From: Pristiophorus japonicus
Lineage: Eukaryota
Assembly (NCBI RefSeq): GCF_044704955.1
Contig: NC_091977.1
Location: forward strand, 263,934,001 to 263,998,000
Length of the DNA stretch: 64,000 nt
Direction: 5' to 3'
Shown in pieces: positions 34,799-46,965 of the stretch; the first letter of the stretch is position 1; each line of letters begins with the position of its first letter. The notes below the pieces were generated by a model. It had not been told where the DNA came from, made no database searches, and saw only the letters and a list, made by a program, of their open reading frames with translations. The position numbers and the translations under genes are program-made.

Positions 34799-36876
34799 GT
34801 AATGGCCTGCACATAGGTTTTTAAAAGGATAGAACGAGGTTAAACTAGAGGACAATGTACACAGGTTATTTCTGCGATACTGTGAAAATTCACCAAAAGA
34901 TCAAAAGGCATGAAAGTAGCAAAGAAAGGTGGTGAAAGGTGATAGACGGTATTTACAGAAAACTTCTTCCAAAATGGATTGGATAAATTGGCATGTGGGT
35001 AGCTATTGTCTGAAGATGCTAAAGTCAACTCTGAATTTACTAATGTCTGCTTTCTTTCTGACTTGGAGAATTTAGCTGCCAAACTTTCAGGCTTTACCCA
35101 TTGCTTATCTTTATGGGGTCACTCTTTGACTCTCTTCTTTCCTCCATGGATTCCTCTCCAACAATCAGTATTTCACAAACAGCAATTACAAACTCACAGA
35201 CTCCCACTACCTGGATTATGCTTCTTCTCAGCCTGCTCCTGTAAAGCTTTATCATCACTTTCTCTCAGTTTCTCCATCCGTGTTGTATCTGGTAACTCCT
35301 CTTTCAAAGCTTCAGAAATGCCCTCCTTTTTCCTCAGCTGAGGTTTTTCGCTAGCTGCCATGGACAAGGCTCATGACCATGTCTGCCCCATTTCCCACAT
35401 CTCCTTTCTCACCCTTTTTCGTACATCAGAGCCCCCTTGTCCTCACCTTTCATCCCACCAATTTCTGCATGCAACAGATTATCTTCCACTGGACTTCCAC
35501 CTACCTGCATCTATTCCCCTCACCTCTCTCCGTTCCCTGTGAGATCCCAACTTCCTTAGGCACTATCCTGTGCAACTGTAAAAATGCAACACCTCTTTAT
35601 AACCTCTTCCCAGATCATTATTGAAGGCTCCAAATGCTTCTTCCATGTGAGACAGTGGTTGACATATATTCCCTCCATTCCAGTAAATCACATTCAGTCG
35701 TCATGATGTGATCTGATTTGTGTTGGGGAGACCAACGACACATTGAATTACTGCTTTGCTGAATATCTCTGTTCTGTCCACAAGTGTGATTCTGACCTCT
35801 CTATTACTTGGCATTTCAATTTCCTCCTCCCCTGCCCCTTCTACCCCAGCTACACAGATATTTTCATCTGTGATCTCCTACACTCTTCCAACCAAACTCA
35901 ATGTAAAGTTCAGGAATAGCATTGTGTCATTCTGCTGGGCACACTGCAACCCTCTCGTTCAAACACCCACTTCACCAATTTCAGACCTTGTCTATCTCCT
36001 CCATTTTCGTCCCTCTTTCACCCAACCATCTAACAATTTATCCCTCTCTATTTTGAAGGGTTTTGAGAATCTTTCACAATCTTTTGGCCTTTTCACCATT
36101 TTGCCTTGCCATTGTCAAACCATGTTGTTCTTTCAGTGCCATTTCACTGCCTCACTATAGTATATCATCCACCATTTTCACTTCTTTGAAGACTTGTAAA
36201 AAATATATATATTTATAGGCTGTTGAACCAATTAACTGCCTTTGTGACAAGAGTCAGCATTATTGAAGCTTGATAACTGCCTGCTTTTCTCTTCCAGACT
36301 CCTCCCTCCTTTTCATTGTGTTCCGTTCTATATAGTGCTTATTTATGTTGCAGTTTTCAGTTCTGATGAAGGGTCTGCACATAAAAAATTAACAACATGG
36401 TTGCTATGTACTTCTATCATTATCTGTTTTTTGTGAAAACTGGATGTTGTAGATGTCCTGGTTCATCAAAAACCAACTGCTGTGTACTTTGCAAAGAAAA
36501 CAGTCCATGAAAATGGAAATTTAGTGAGAAATGGTTGAAGTCTGCTGAAGGCAGTGATAAAAGTCTAATTATTATAGGTCTGTTCATGTCAAGAAAGAAA
36601 TGCTGTATCTTTGAAATAGCAGCAGTGAATAATCCAATGTTCAACTAATATTTTCTGTAATCATTGCTGGATTGTAAGGCTTTCCATTGTGAGCTTTGAG
36701 AGATGTGTATGCATCATTAGCACTGTAATAGCTGGGTAGCAGACAGCTAAATAATATATTGTCCTACGTCTATTTATGAAATTGCACGTTTAATGCACCT
36801 TTGTGTGTTCACCTCTTCAAAATAGACATCCATCATATTTTGTTGCTTTATTATCTCAAAGCCAGTTGGAACATTG

Positions 36877-37052
36877 GAGGTAATTTTCAACTTCTCACTG
36901 GAGCGTGTAATTTGCATTGTGGGACGGAGACCCAGTATAGAAACAGCCTGATTTTCCTCATCAACAGAAAGGAGAATCAGGTGCTTTCTCTAACGGGTGC
37001 CTGACCTGCACTGCCAGCTTCACGCTCCAGCGCTAAGTTGAAAACCACCCTC
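36877..37052. mobile_element. Short old MITE
   Basis: GAGGTAATTTTCAACTT..CTGGAGCGTG / CACGCTCCAG..AAGTTGAAAACCACCCTC inverted ends; a related end at about 37380-37398. Confidence 0.55.
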
Positions 37053-38034
37053 ATTGAGTACAGTGACAGTAGATCAGAGGCAGACATGATGGGGATTGGC
37101 ACGGTGGACAAAGCACATAATAGCATTTCTGGCAAGAACTTGTCCACATCGTGATGCAGAGCATTGGCAACACCAATGCACTTGACCATGGACAACTGGG
37201 GTGAGACTTCATGCCCTTGATTGCCCACATAGCTAGGATCATTTTTAACTTTGCCTCCTAGCAAAGCGGATTGCCTGCTCTATATGGAACCCACCCCAAT
37301 GTTTGCTCCACTGATTTCCATCGGGCATGTTGTATAATGGGTGAGCGATTCACTCTTCCAAGTTACCGCCCAGAAGGGGAAGTTGAAAATTACTCCCAGG
37401 GAGTTCATGATTTTGACTGTGACATCAGGGAAAGTTGTTGTCTCGGTGCTTCTTCATAGAGAGGAAGGGAAAAATCAGAGAATGGGTGATCCTGAAGCCC
37501 CCTCACTTACTACTGGCAGAGATTAAACATGGTGCTAGAGCTTAGTGGAGGAGTGGCACACCGCCTGCAAAGAAGAGAAAGACAAAAGGAGAGAAAATAT
37601 TTTTTAAAAGAACACTATAATGGCCCGGTGGCAAGAATGAAGCATTTTTGTTCATGATGGATTATTTATTGAATTCTGAATGCTGACCACAGTGAACATA
37701 TAATGCAAAGATCAGTTATTCCTCGCTGTTTCCACAAGCTGTAGGTTGTATGCATTATAAGCTGCCTAATATTTACACATCAGGACAAAGCAGAGAGGCG
37801 GGTAGTTTATGAACTCCTTGATTTGATTGTTAGCATTTTTACCTGGCTGATCCCATCTAACAGGCCATTGAAAATATCTGGTACAGATAACTGAATTCAT
37901 TTTAAAATCCTATGTGATTGACTTCTTTTCGGGTATTGAACAGGTGAGTCAGATCTGTAAGAGAAGCAAGGTCAATAATTCTGTTGAATGCTTTCAGGGG
38001 ACGGCTCTATCGTCAGGAGCTTGCAGTTGCAGAC

Positions 38035-38917
38035 TGTACTGTTTCTATCAGAGTGTAGCATATGACGAGCGATAACTCTGATTCTCCAGCTAGCTTCAAC
38101 ACTACACCAAGAAATATGGCTAAAGGTTAAAGCTTCAGAATCCAAATCTTTTAATAACAGTGATGTAAAACTGTTGACAAGGAACACAGACAGATCCAGA
38201 ATTCTTGTAATAAACAGGAACGATCGAATAAAAACAGCAATAAAGAGAAGTTACTTATCTCTTCCTGTACATAAGAACATAAGAAATAGGAGCAAGAGTA
38301 GGCCATACGGCCTCTCGAGCCTGCTCCACCATTCAATAAGATCATGGCTGATCCGATCATGGACTAGGCTCCACTTCCCCGCCCACTCCCCATAACCCTT
38401 TATCCCTTTATCATTTAAGAAACTGTCTATTTCTGTCTTAAATTTATTCAATGTCCCAGCTTCCGCCGCTCTCTGAGGCAGTGAATTCCACAGATGTACA
38501 ACCCTCTGAGAGAAGAAATTTCTCCTCATCTCAGTTTTGAATGGGCGGCCCCTTATTCTAAGATGCCCTCTAGTTCTAGTCTTCCCCATCAGTGAAAACA
38601 TCCTCTCTGCATCCACCTTGTCAAAGGTAAAATACATCAAAGATAAAATACAATAATTCCAGAATGATTGGATAAGGAGAAGTTATTTACATAATATGTA
38701 CTTCTAAGAAGGTTCAGAAGTACAGAAGATCCATTTTTGATCAACAAAAGTTAAATATTGTTCTAGCTAAAATGGATGCTGCTCCATGCTTGCTGGCTTT
38801 TTTCTCTTTCTTTTTATGCCTGTCTGTGTCCAATCGGAAAACGTCACCCAGTGGTGGGAAAATGGCAAGACAGCTACGGTAGCTATAATCAGTCAAGAAG
38901 CACCACAGTCCATCACA
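38035..38917 (-). repeat. BEL/Pao 3' LTR interrupted by a CR1 3' end (38273-38632, TSD TACAT)
   Basis: Colinear with 46437-46949 once the CR1 is removed (CTTCCTGTACAT|CAAAGATAAAATA). Confidence 0.9.
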
Positions 38918-41494
38918 CGCCCCATCATAAATAATAAGGATTGAAATTTTTACAAGTTAGAGTTCAGCTCCTTTAGTTTGTGGGATGTCTTTGAGGCAGG
39001 CGTCATCTGTATGAGTGCGAGTTCAGTCTTGGATAGCTGCGACGCATGCCTTCACTGCAGACCGGACCATCCACCTTACATACCCTTCTGTCATTGGTGG
39101 GGTAGGGCTCGGATGCAGGTGCAAGTGGCCAGTCATTCTGGGGAAGTTCTTTCTGCTGGAGGAGAGCGACATCCCCGACAGAAGTGTCCGACTTTGTCTC
39201 GTTCAGCTTTTGTCGAGGCTGTCGGCTCTGCAGGTGTTTCTTCCACCATAGAATATAGAGTTGATCTGCAAGTTGTTGGGCCCTTCACCATTGTCGTTGT
39301 CCAGACAGATTCAGTTGCACCAAATTGTCAGCTGGTACCTGCAGGGGCTAAGTTTTCGGAGCCACGAACATGGCAGGAGTGAGTGTCTGAGGTTCCTTGT
39401 TGAGGAGTGGGGGGAACTCCTGAGTTTCCCTCCAAGTTGAGATGACCACCTTCTGTCATGACCTCAACTGAGTGCTGGTGTCAGATGGACATGGTCTTCG
39501 GTGGCTGAAGGATAGTATAGTTGATGGAGACATGGACTTTCTCATTTGCCCTGCTTTGTCCGGAATCTGTCCAGTCTAGGTCGGTACGTTGTGCCCATGG
39601 TGTTCCTCTCGGCCCATTGCGAGACTGCCTGATTTTGAGGGGTTCAGGGCAGTTTCTTCCAATGAGGAGGATGATGGGGGCAGACTCACTTGGCTCGGGT
39701 ATCTTTTTTGCCACTGACCTGAGGTGGGGAACTTCTCGCAGAAATCGGGACATGGGATCTTGCGTCTGTCTCCGGGGATGTGGGCATTCTATTTGATGGT
39801 AGGCAGCTGTTCGGTCTTTCCAGCTGCTGCTTCAACAACCTGACCACTTGCTCATCTCCCTTCCACCGCGATTTGGTCTCCACTGCAAGTGGAAAGCTCA
39901 TAGGAGAAAGCTGGGCCTGGGAGGTCTAGAGCGTCGAAGATTTCAGGGTCCCGCAGACAAGCATTAGACTGATCGTCCACCTCCACGTAGCCAATGATAC
40001 ATTTCTAGGGACGATCCCCGTAGTAGATTCGGCATAGAATGATCTTACAACAAGATCGTGCGGAAGGGCAAGCCAGATATCTGGTGCACTTTGTGTTGGC
40101 CTGTATGACCTTTGGCTCGTCTATTGACCTCTTGTGGTGGGTCTCCCCGACGTGGATCTCCCCACCGTGAGTTTCCCCACCGTGAGTCTCCCCGCCATTT
40201 TGCCTCGGCATCACATGCATGAAGGAGGCATGCTCTATGCCTTGACATTCCTTGCAATGCACCTTGGTCTGGTGGTGGTCAACACACTTGAAACACAGAC
40301 CGTTGGCTCTGCAGAATTCGCTTTGTTCTTGAATGGGCTTTCGGCTGAAAGCGATGCAATCCGACAGATGCTGGCCTCGCCGGTCATATCTCTGAAGCTA
40401 GCAGCATGGGTGCCGACTTCGTAGGTGTACATGTTGCCAAAACACGAATGGAAGAGCTGGGACTTCTGTTTCTTCTTGTCCTCTCTGAGATTGGCTGATG
40501 GACCTGATGTAATGTGTAAAGGTCAAGGTCGCTGTGCTGTCTGGCTTTGTTTTTCAGGAATTTAGCCAGCACAGCGAAAGGAGGGTAGCTGCCGCTGTCG
40601 GTCTTATGTTCTGATATGCGCTTCCTCCATGCATTGCGTATGTAGGTAGGGGGTTTTTCGAGCATCGGATGAAAATCGTGGGTAAATTGCGATGTCCGTG
40701 CACAATTCAGCAAGTTCGAGAAGTTTGTGGCCTTCGTCTGCCCTGAACTTCGAAAAGCTGTCAAGCTTTTGAAGAACAGATTTTGTAATCCTCGTCTTGT
40801 TACCAAAATTCTCTTCAAGTTCCTTCGGCACTTCGTGGTAGGCTGTTTCAGGGTCCAAAACATACCAGGGCCTTAACCTGAATACCAATACCTTGACCGT
40901 CCCGTTTCTGAAGTTGGCAAGAAAGATAAGCTTTTGCGTGACTGGGGCATGGACCTGGTCGACCATGGTTGCGAATGCATGGTGCCACGGCTGAAACATG
41001 ATAGGGTCCCCATCATAGACATCAGGCTCATGTACAGGCTGGCGCTGACAAGCGAGAGTGTCTGAAATGTCTTTTGTCAGGTTGAGGAATGGATCCCTCT
41101 TGTTGGTTTCCAGCTCGAGAGGACAGGGGCTTGAGCAACACCGCTGGCTGGTGGGACAGCTCTTCGTTCCGTTCCGGATGGATGAAAGATCGGGGCCGCT
41201 GTCCAAAGCCGGAATACAGGGGCAGACTTAACTGACCTGTCTGCAAGGTGCTGAAATTGGGAGGCATGGTCGTTTGAAGTCTGTTCTGGTAAGGTTCAGG
41301 CACAAGGCCTCCGTGCCGCTTGCTCAGCTCGCTGAATCTCCTCTACCCTTGCTTGCTGTATGGCAGCGGTTTTCCTGGCTTGAAGTATCTGGAGGTCCGC
41401 CTCAGCCTTCCCTCCTGCCACTTTCAACTCGGCCATTTCTCTATGGAGGTCCACCTCAGCCTTCGCTTCTGCCACTTTCAATTTGGCCGTTTGA

Positions 41495-44400
41495 CTAACC
41501 TAATTTTTTGAGGAAATAACCAAGACGGTCGATGAGGGTAGCGTACGATGTTGTGTAAATGAACTTCAGCAAAGCTTTTGATAAGGTCCCACATGGTAGA
41601 CTGGTCACGAAGGTTAACTCCCATGGGATCCAGGGCAAAGTGGCAAGTTGGATCCAAAATTGGATTAGAGGGAGGAAGCAAAGGGTAATGGTTGATGGAT
41701 GTTTTTGTGATTGGAAGGATGTTTCCAGTGGGGTTCCGCAGGGCTCAGTATTGGGTCCCTTGCTTTTTGTGGTATATATCAACGATTTAGATTTGAAAAA
41801 ATGGAGTATGATTAAGAAGTTTGCCGACAACACTACAAGTAGTTGATAATAAAGAGGAAAGTCATGGGCTACAGGAGGATATCAATTTACTGGTCAGGTG
41901 GGCAGAACAGTGGCAAATGGAATTTAATTCGGAGAAGTGCGAGGTAATGCATTTTGGGAGGGCTAATAAGGAAAGGGTATACACATTAAGCGGTAGGCCA
42001 CTTAATAGTGTAGATGAACAATGGGACCTTGGAGTGCTTGTCCACAACTCCTTGAAAGTAGCAGGCCAGGTGGATAATAGAAACATAGAAACATAGAAAA
42101 TAGGTGCAGGAGTAGGCCATTCGGCCCTTCTAGCCTGCACCGCCATTCAATGAGTTCATGGCTGAACATGCAACTTCAGTACCCCATTCCTGCTTTCTCA
42201 CCATACCCCTTGATTCCCCTAGTAGTAAGGACTTCATCTAACTCCTTTTTGAATATATTTAGTGAATTGGCCTCGACAACTTTCTGTGGTAGAGAATTCC
42301 ACAGGTTCACCACTCTCTGGGTGAAGAAATTCCTCCTCATCTCGGTCCTAAATGGCTTCCCCCTTATCCTTAGACTGTGTCCCCTGGTTCTGGACTTCCC
42401 CAACATTGGGAACATTCTTCCTGCATCTAACCTGTCTAACCCCGTCAGAATTTTAAACGTTTCTATGAGGTCCCCTCTCATTCTTCTGAACTCCAGTGAA
42501 TACAAGCCCAGTTGATCCAGTCTTTCTTGATAGGTCAGTCCCGCCATCCCGGGAATCAGTCTGGTGAACCTTCGCTGCACTCCCTCAATAGCAAGAATGT
42601 CCTTCCTCAGGTTAGGAGACCAAAACTGTACACAATACTCCAGGTGTGGCCTCACCAAGGCCCTGTACAATTGTAGCAACACCTCCCTGCCCTTGTACTC
42701 AAATCCCCTCGCTATGAAGGCCAACATGCCATTTGCTTTCTTAACCGCCTGCTGTACCTGCATGCCAACCTTCAATGACTGATGTACCATGACACCCAGG
42801 TCTCTTTGCACCTGCCCTTTTCCTAATCTGTCACCATTCAGATAATAGTCTGTCTCTCTGTTTTTACCACCAAAGTGGATAACCTCACATTTATCCACAT
42901 TATACTTCATCTGCCATGCATTTGCCCACTCACCTAACCTATCCAAGTCGCTCTGCAGCCTCATAGAATCCTCCTTGCAGCTCACACTGCCACCCAACTT
43001 AGTGTCATCCGCAAATTTGGAGATACTACATTTAATCCCCTCGTCTAAATCATTAATGTACAGTGTAAACAGCTGGGGCCCCAGCACAGAACCTTGCGGT
43101 ACCCCACTAGTCACTGCCTGCCATTCTGAAAAGTCCCCATTTACTCCTACTCTTTGCTTCCTGTCTGACAACCAGTTCTCAATCCATGTCAGCACACTAC
43201 CCCCAATCCCATGTGCTTTAACTTTGCACATTAATCTCTTGTGTGGGACCTTGTCGAAAGCCTTCTGAAAGTCCAAATATACCACATCAACTGGTTCTCC
43301 CTTGTCCACTCTACTGGAAACATCCTCAAAAAATTCCAGAAGATTTGTCAAGCATGATTTCCCTTTCACAAATCCATGCTGACTTGGACCTATCATATTA
43401 CCTCTTTCCAAATGCACTGCGATGACATCCTTAATAATTGATTCCATCATTTTACCCACTACCGATGTCAGGCTGACCGGTCTGTAATTCCCTGTTTTCT
43501 CTCTCCCTCATTTTTTAAAAAGTGGGGTTACATTGGCTACCCTCCACTCCATAGGAACTGATCCAGAGTCAATGGAATGTTGGAAAATGACTGTCAATGC
43601 ATCCACTATTTCCAAGGCCACCTCCTTAAGTACTCTGGGATGCAGTCCATCAGGCCCTGGGGATTTATCGGCCTTCAATCCCATCAATTTCCCCAACACA
43701 ATTTCCCGACTAATAAGGATTTCCCTCAGTTCCTCCTCCTTACTAGACCCTCCGACCCCTTTTATATCCGGAAGGTTGTTTGTGTCCTCCTCAGTGAATA
43801 CCGAACCAAAGTACTTGTTCAATTGGTCCGCCATTTCTTTGTTCCCCGTTATGACTTCCCCTGATTCTGACTGCAGGGGACCTACGTTTGTCTTTACTAA
43901 CCTTTTTCTCTTTACATATCTATAGAAACTTTTGCAATCCGTCTCAATGTTCCCTGCAAGCTTCTTCTCGTACTCCATTTTCCCTGCCCTAATCAAACCC
44001 TTTGTCCTCCTCTGCTGAGTTCTAAATTTCTCCCAGTCCCCGGGTTCGCTGCTATTTCTGGCCAATTTGTATGCCACTTCCTTGGCTTTAATGCTATCCC
44101 TGATTTCCCTTGATAGCCACGGTTGAGCCACCTTCCCTTTTTTATTTTTACGACAGACAGGAATGTACAATTGTTGTAGTTCATCCATGCGGTCTCTAAA
44201 TGTCTGCCATTGCCCATCCACAGTCAACCCCTTCAGTATCATTCGCCAATCTATCCTAGCCAATTCACGCCTCATACCTTCAAAGTTACCCTTCTTTAAG
44301 TTCTGGACCATGGTCTCTGAATTAACTGTTTCATTCTCCATCCTAATGCAGAATTCCACCATATTATGGTCACTCTTCCCCAAGGGGCCTCGCACAACGA

Positions 44401-45776
44401 GATTGCTAATTAATCCTCTCTCATTACACAACACCCAGTCTAAGATGGCCTTCCCCCTAGTTGGTTCCTCGACATATTGGTCGAAAAAACCATCCCTTAT
44501 GCACTCCAGGAAATCCTCCTCTACCGTATTGCTTCCAGTTTGGTTAACCCAATCTATGTGCACATTAAAGTCACCCATTATAACTGCTGCACCTTTATTG
44601 CACGCACCCCTAATTTCATGTTTGATGCCCTCCCCAACATCACTACTAATGTTTTTTGTCCTTTGGTATTCTGCAGCTCTACCCATATAGATTCCACATC
44701 ATCCAAGCTAATGTCCTTCCGAACTATTGCCTTAATTTGCTCCTTAACCAGCAATGCTACCCCACCTCCTTTTCCTTTTATTCTATCTTTCCTGAATGTT
44801 GGTGAAAAAGGCCTTTATTAGCCGATGCATAGAATATAAGAGCAGGGAGGTTATGCTTAAATTGAATAATACTTTGGTTAGGCCACAGCTGGAGTACTGT
44901 ATGCAGTTTTGTTCGCCATATTATAGGAAGGATGTGATTGCACTCGAGAGGGTGCAGAGGAGGTTTATTAGGATGCTGCCTGGAATGGAGATTCTTAGTT
45001 ATGAGGACAGATTGGATAGGCTGGGTTTGTTCTCATTGGAACAGAGGAGGTTGAGAAGAGACCTCATTGAGGTGTACAAAATATTGAGAGGCCTGGACAT
45101 AGTGGATAGTAAGGGTCTATTTCCAATGGTGGAGGGGGCTATTACAAGGGCGCATAGTTTTAAAGTGGTTGGTGGAAGGTTTAGAGGGGATTTGATGGGG
45201 GGTTTCTTTACGCAGAGGGTTGTGGGGATCTGGAACTCGCTGCCTGGAAAAGTGGTGGATACAGAAACCCTCACCACTTTTAAGAGATGGTTGGATGGGC
45301 ACTGAAAGTGTCGTAACCTACAGGGTTATGGACCTAGAGCTGGTAATTGGGATTAGACTAGATAACCTCTTGTTGGCCAGCACAGATATAATGATAAGTA
45401 CTGCAGGGAATCGAATATGGCCAGGGTGATCTGGACAAGTTTCGATCGCCTGGATGGGTCCGAGGGGAATTTTCCCAGATTTTCTTTTCCCTAAATTGGC
45501 CTGGGTTTTTATCTAGTTTTTGCCTCTCCCAGGAGATCATATGGCTCCGGTTGGGGTGGAATGTAGAATGTTTCAGTGTAAGGGGTGTCGCAATTGTGTG
45601 TGACAGACTGATTGGGCTGGGTGCTCTTTACCTTTCCACCATTGTTCATTTTTCTTGGTTTGTATGTAACCTTCAGGGCTGCTGACTGAGGGCAGTGCGG
45701 CTCTTTGTCAGCCGGCGCGGACAAGCTGGGCCGAGGTGGCTTCCTTCTGCGTTGTAAATTTCTATGTTTCTATGTT
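41495..45776 (+). mobile_element. CR1 LINE (family B, long 3' UTR) inserted in the BEL gag and itself split by a family A CR1 (parts 41495-42077 and 44798-45776)
   Basis: [53 protein letters not shown]; tail TTTCTATGTTTCTATGTT; flanks GTTTGACT / GTTTGTCT. Confidence 0.9.
42078..44797 (-). mobile_element. Young CR1 LINE (family A), 5'-truncated within the endonuclease; about 2.5 kb in one frame with a single nonsense codon
   Basis: ORFs 43508-44686 and 42176-43459 are in the same frame, separated by FKK*GREKTG; IMGDFN, LGKSDHN, full RT with FADD; tail AGAAACATAGAAACATAG. Confidence 0.97.
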
Positions 45777-46436
45777 TGTCTCGCTATGACCTCCTCAAAG
45801 TCTGCGTTCTTGGCGGCAGCAGTGGCGTCGGCTCGAACGTTGATCCAGGTAGTCCGACTTGAGGACGATGTTCTTGAGCTCATTGTCGAGTGTCCCGCCT
45901 GTCGCTGACACTCGACCATGATTCTAGGGGTACGGTGTGTGGCCGCTCCGTCTTGTGGGCGATGGCGCTGTTCGCGAGTTCACAGTTGACTAGGAAGATT
46001 GATTCAGTTTCTTGGGCATCTTCCTTGAATGCTTCCATTTTATCTTGAGTGTACAGGTGGCTGAGTACAGACCGTAGCTCCTCGTACATTCAGAGTGCCG
46101 AGCGAGCCTCGGCCGTGGCTGTTTGAAGAGTGGTCTCATCATCTGGAACATCTTGAAGTTTTTCAACGATTGGTTCGGTTCTCTGCAAGTGATGATGAAG
46201 TTTCTTTTTTCCTACTTCTACGTCATTGCTGAGGGCTTTTAGGTTGGGCTGCCTCTTTCCTTGATCGACTCGGGGGTTCTGGCTCATGGGGAGAGATCTC
46301 CTCGAGTTCTGAGTGTAGAGTTTCCTCATGCAGGGAGTTCATGCCATCAGGAACGCCTGACATAATGATCTTCTGCCTAGTGCCCTGAGCGATTAGTCAG
46401 AGTAATTCTTAAGTCGTGTATCACAGTTATTTTTAC

Positions 46437-46949
46437 TGTTCTGTTTCTGTCAGAGTGTAGGCTATGGCAAGCGATAACTCTGATTCTCCAGCTTTCAACA
46501 CTACACCAAGAAATATGGCTAAAGGTCACAGCTTCAGAATCCAGATTCTTTAATAAATGTAGTGTAAAACTGTTGGCAAAGAATAAAGTCAGATCTAAAA
46601 TTCTTGTAATACAACAGTAACAATCGAATAAAAACAGCAATAAAGGGAAGTTACTTATCTCTTCCTGTACATCAAAGATAAAATAATAATTCCAGAACGA
46701 TTGGATGAGGAGAAGTTACTTACATAACTGTACTTCTAGAAAGGTTCACAAATACAGAAGATCCATTTCTGATCAACGAAAGTTAAAGATTGTTCAAGCT
46801 AAAATGATGCTGCTCCCTGCTTGCTGGCTTTGTTTCTCTTACTCTTTCTGCCTGTCTGTGTCCAATCAGAAAAAGCCACCCATTGGCGGGAAAATGGCAA
46901 GACAGCTACGGTGACTACAATCAGTCAAGAAGCATCATAGTCCATCACA
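46437..46949 (-). repeat. BEL/Pao 5' LTR (513 bp)
   Basis: TGTTCTGTTTC...GTCCATCACA; visibly diverged direct repeat of the left LTR. Confidence 0.9.
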
Positions 46950-46965
46950 CGGGCTTATATTGGGG

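Larger units (their letters stand above)
32080..36400 (+). mobile_element. Old Penelope-like retroelement relic (GIY-YIG region about 35200-35990) with inverted upstream pLTR, split by the Gypsy element
   Basis: Decayed motifs CTACCTGGATTAT, CCCCTTGTCCTCACCTTTCATCCCACC (PLVLTFHP), GTTGGGGAGACCAA (VGET) and TTTGCTGAATATCTC; hammerhead-like CAGTTCTGATGAAGGGTC at 36358; antisense pLTR-like AAAACAGAAAATG..GCATCTG..GTTAACGTTT at 32105-32173. Confidence 0.6.
38035..46949 (-). mobile_element. BEL/Pao LTR retrotransposon, internally deleted (gag, zinc knuckles, protease, integrase C-terminal tail only), with nested CR1 insertions
   Basis: LTRs 38035-38917 and 46437-46949 (TGT..ACA); GTAAAAA after the 5' LTR and GATGGGGCG before the 3' LTR; EPDVYDGDPIMFQPW, LEENFGN, YPPFAVLAKFL, LCFKC..H..CKECQGIEHASFMH, protease VDDQSN, LLIGRNCPEPL, P WAQRTDL; tail QW*RAQQLADQ..WWKKHLQ..PRQK..VGDVALL..LPQNDWPLA (DUF5641-like). 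Confidence 0.9.

Noticed and set aside
43533-44690. Long antisense ORFs over CR1 and RTE copies (also 396-950, 6900-7409, 47040-47756)
   Set aside because: Shadow frames of LINE ORF2 recurring in each copy; no independent evidence of coding.
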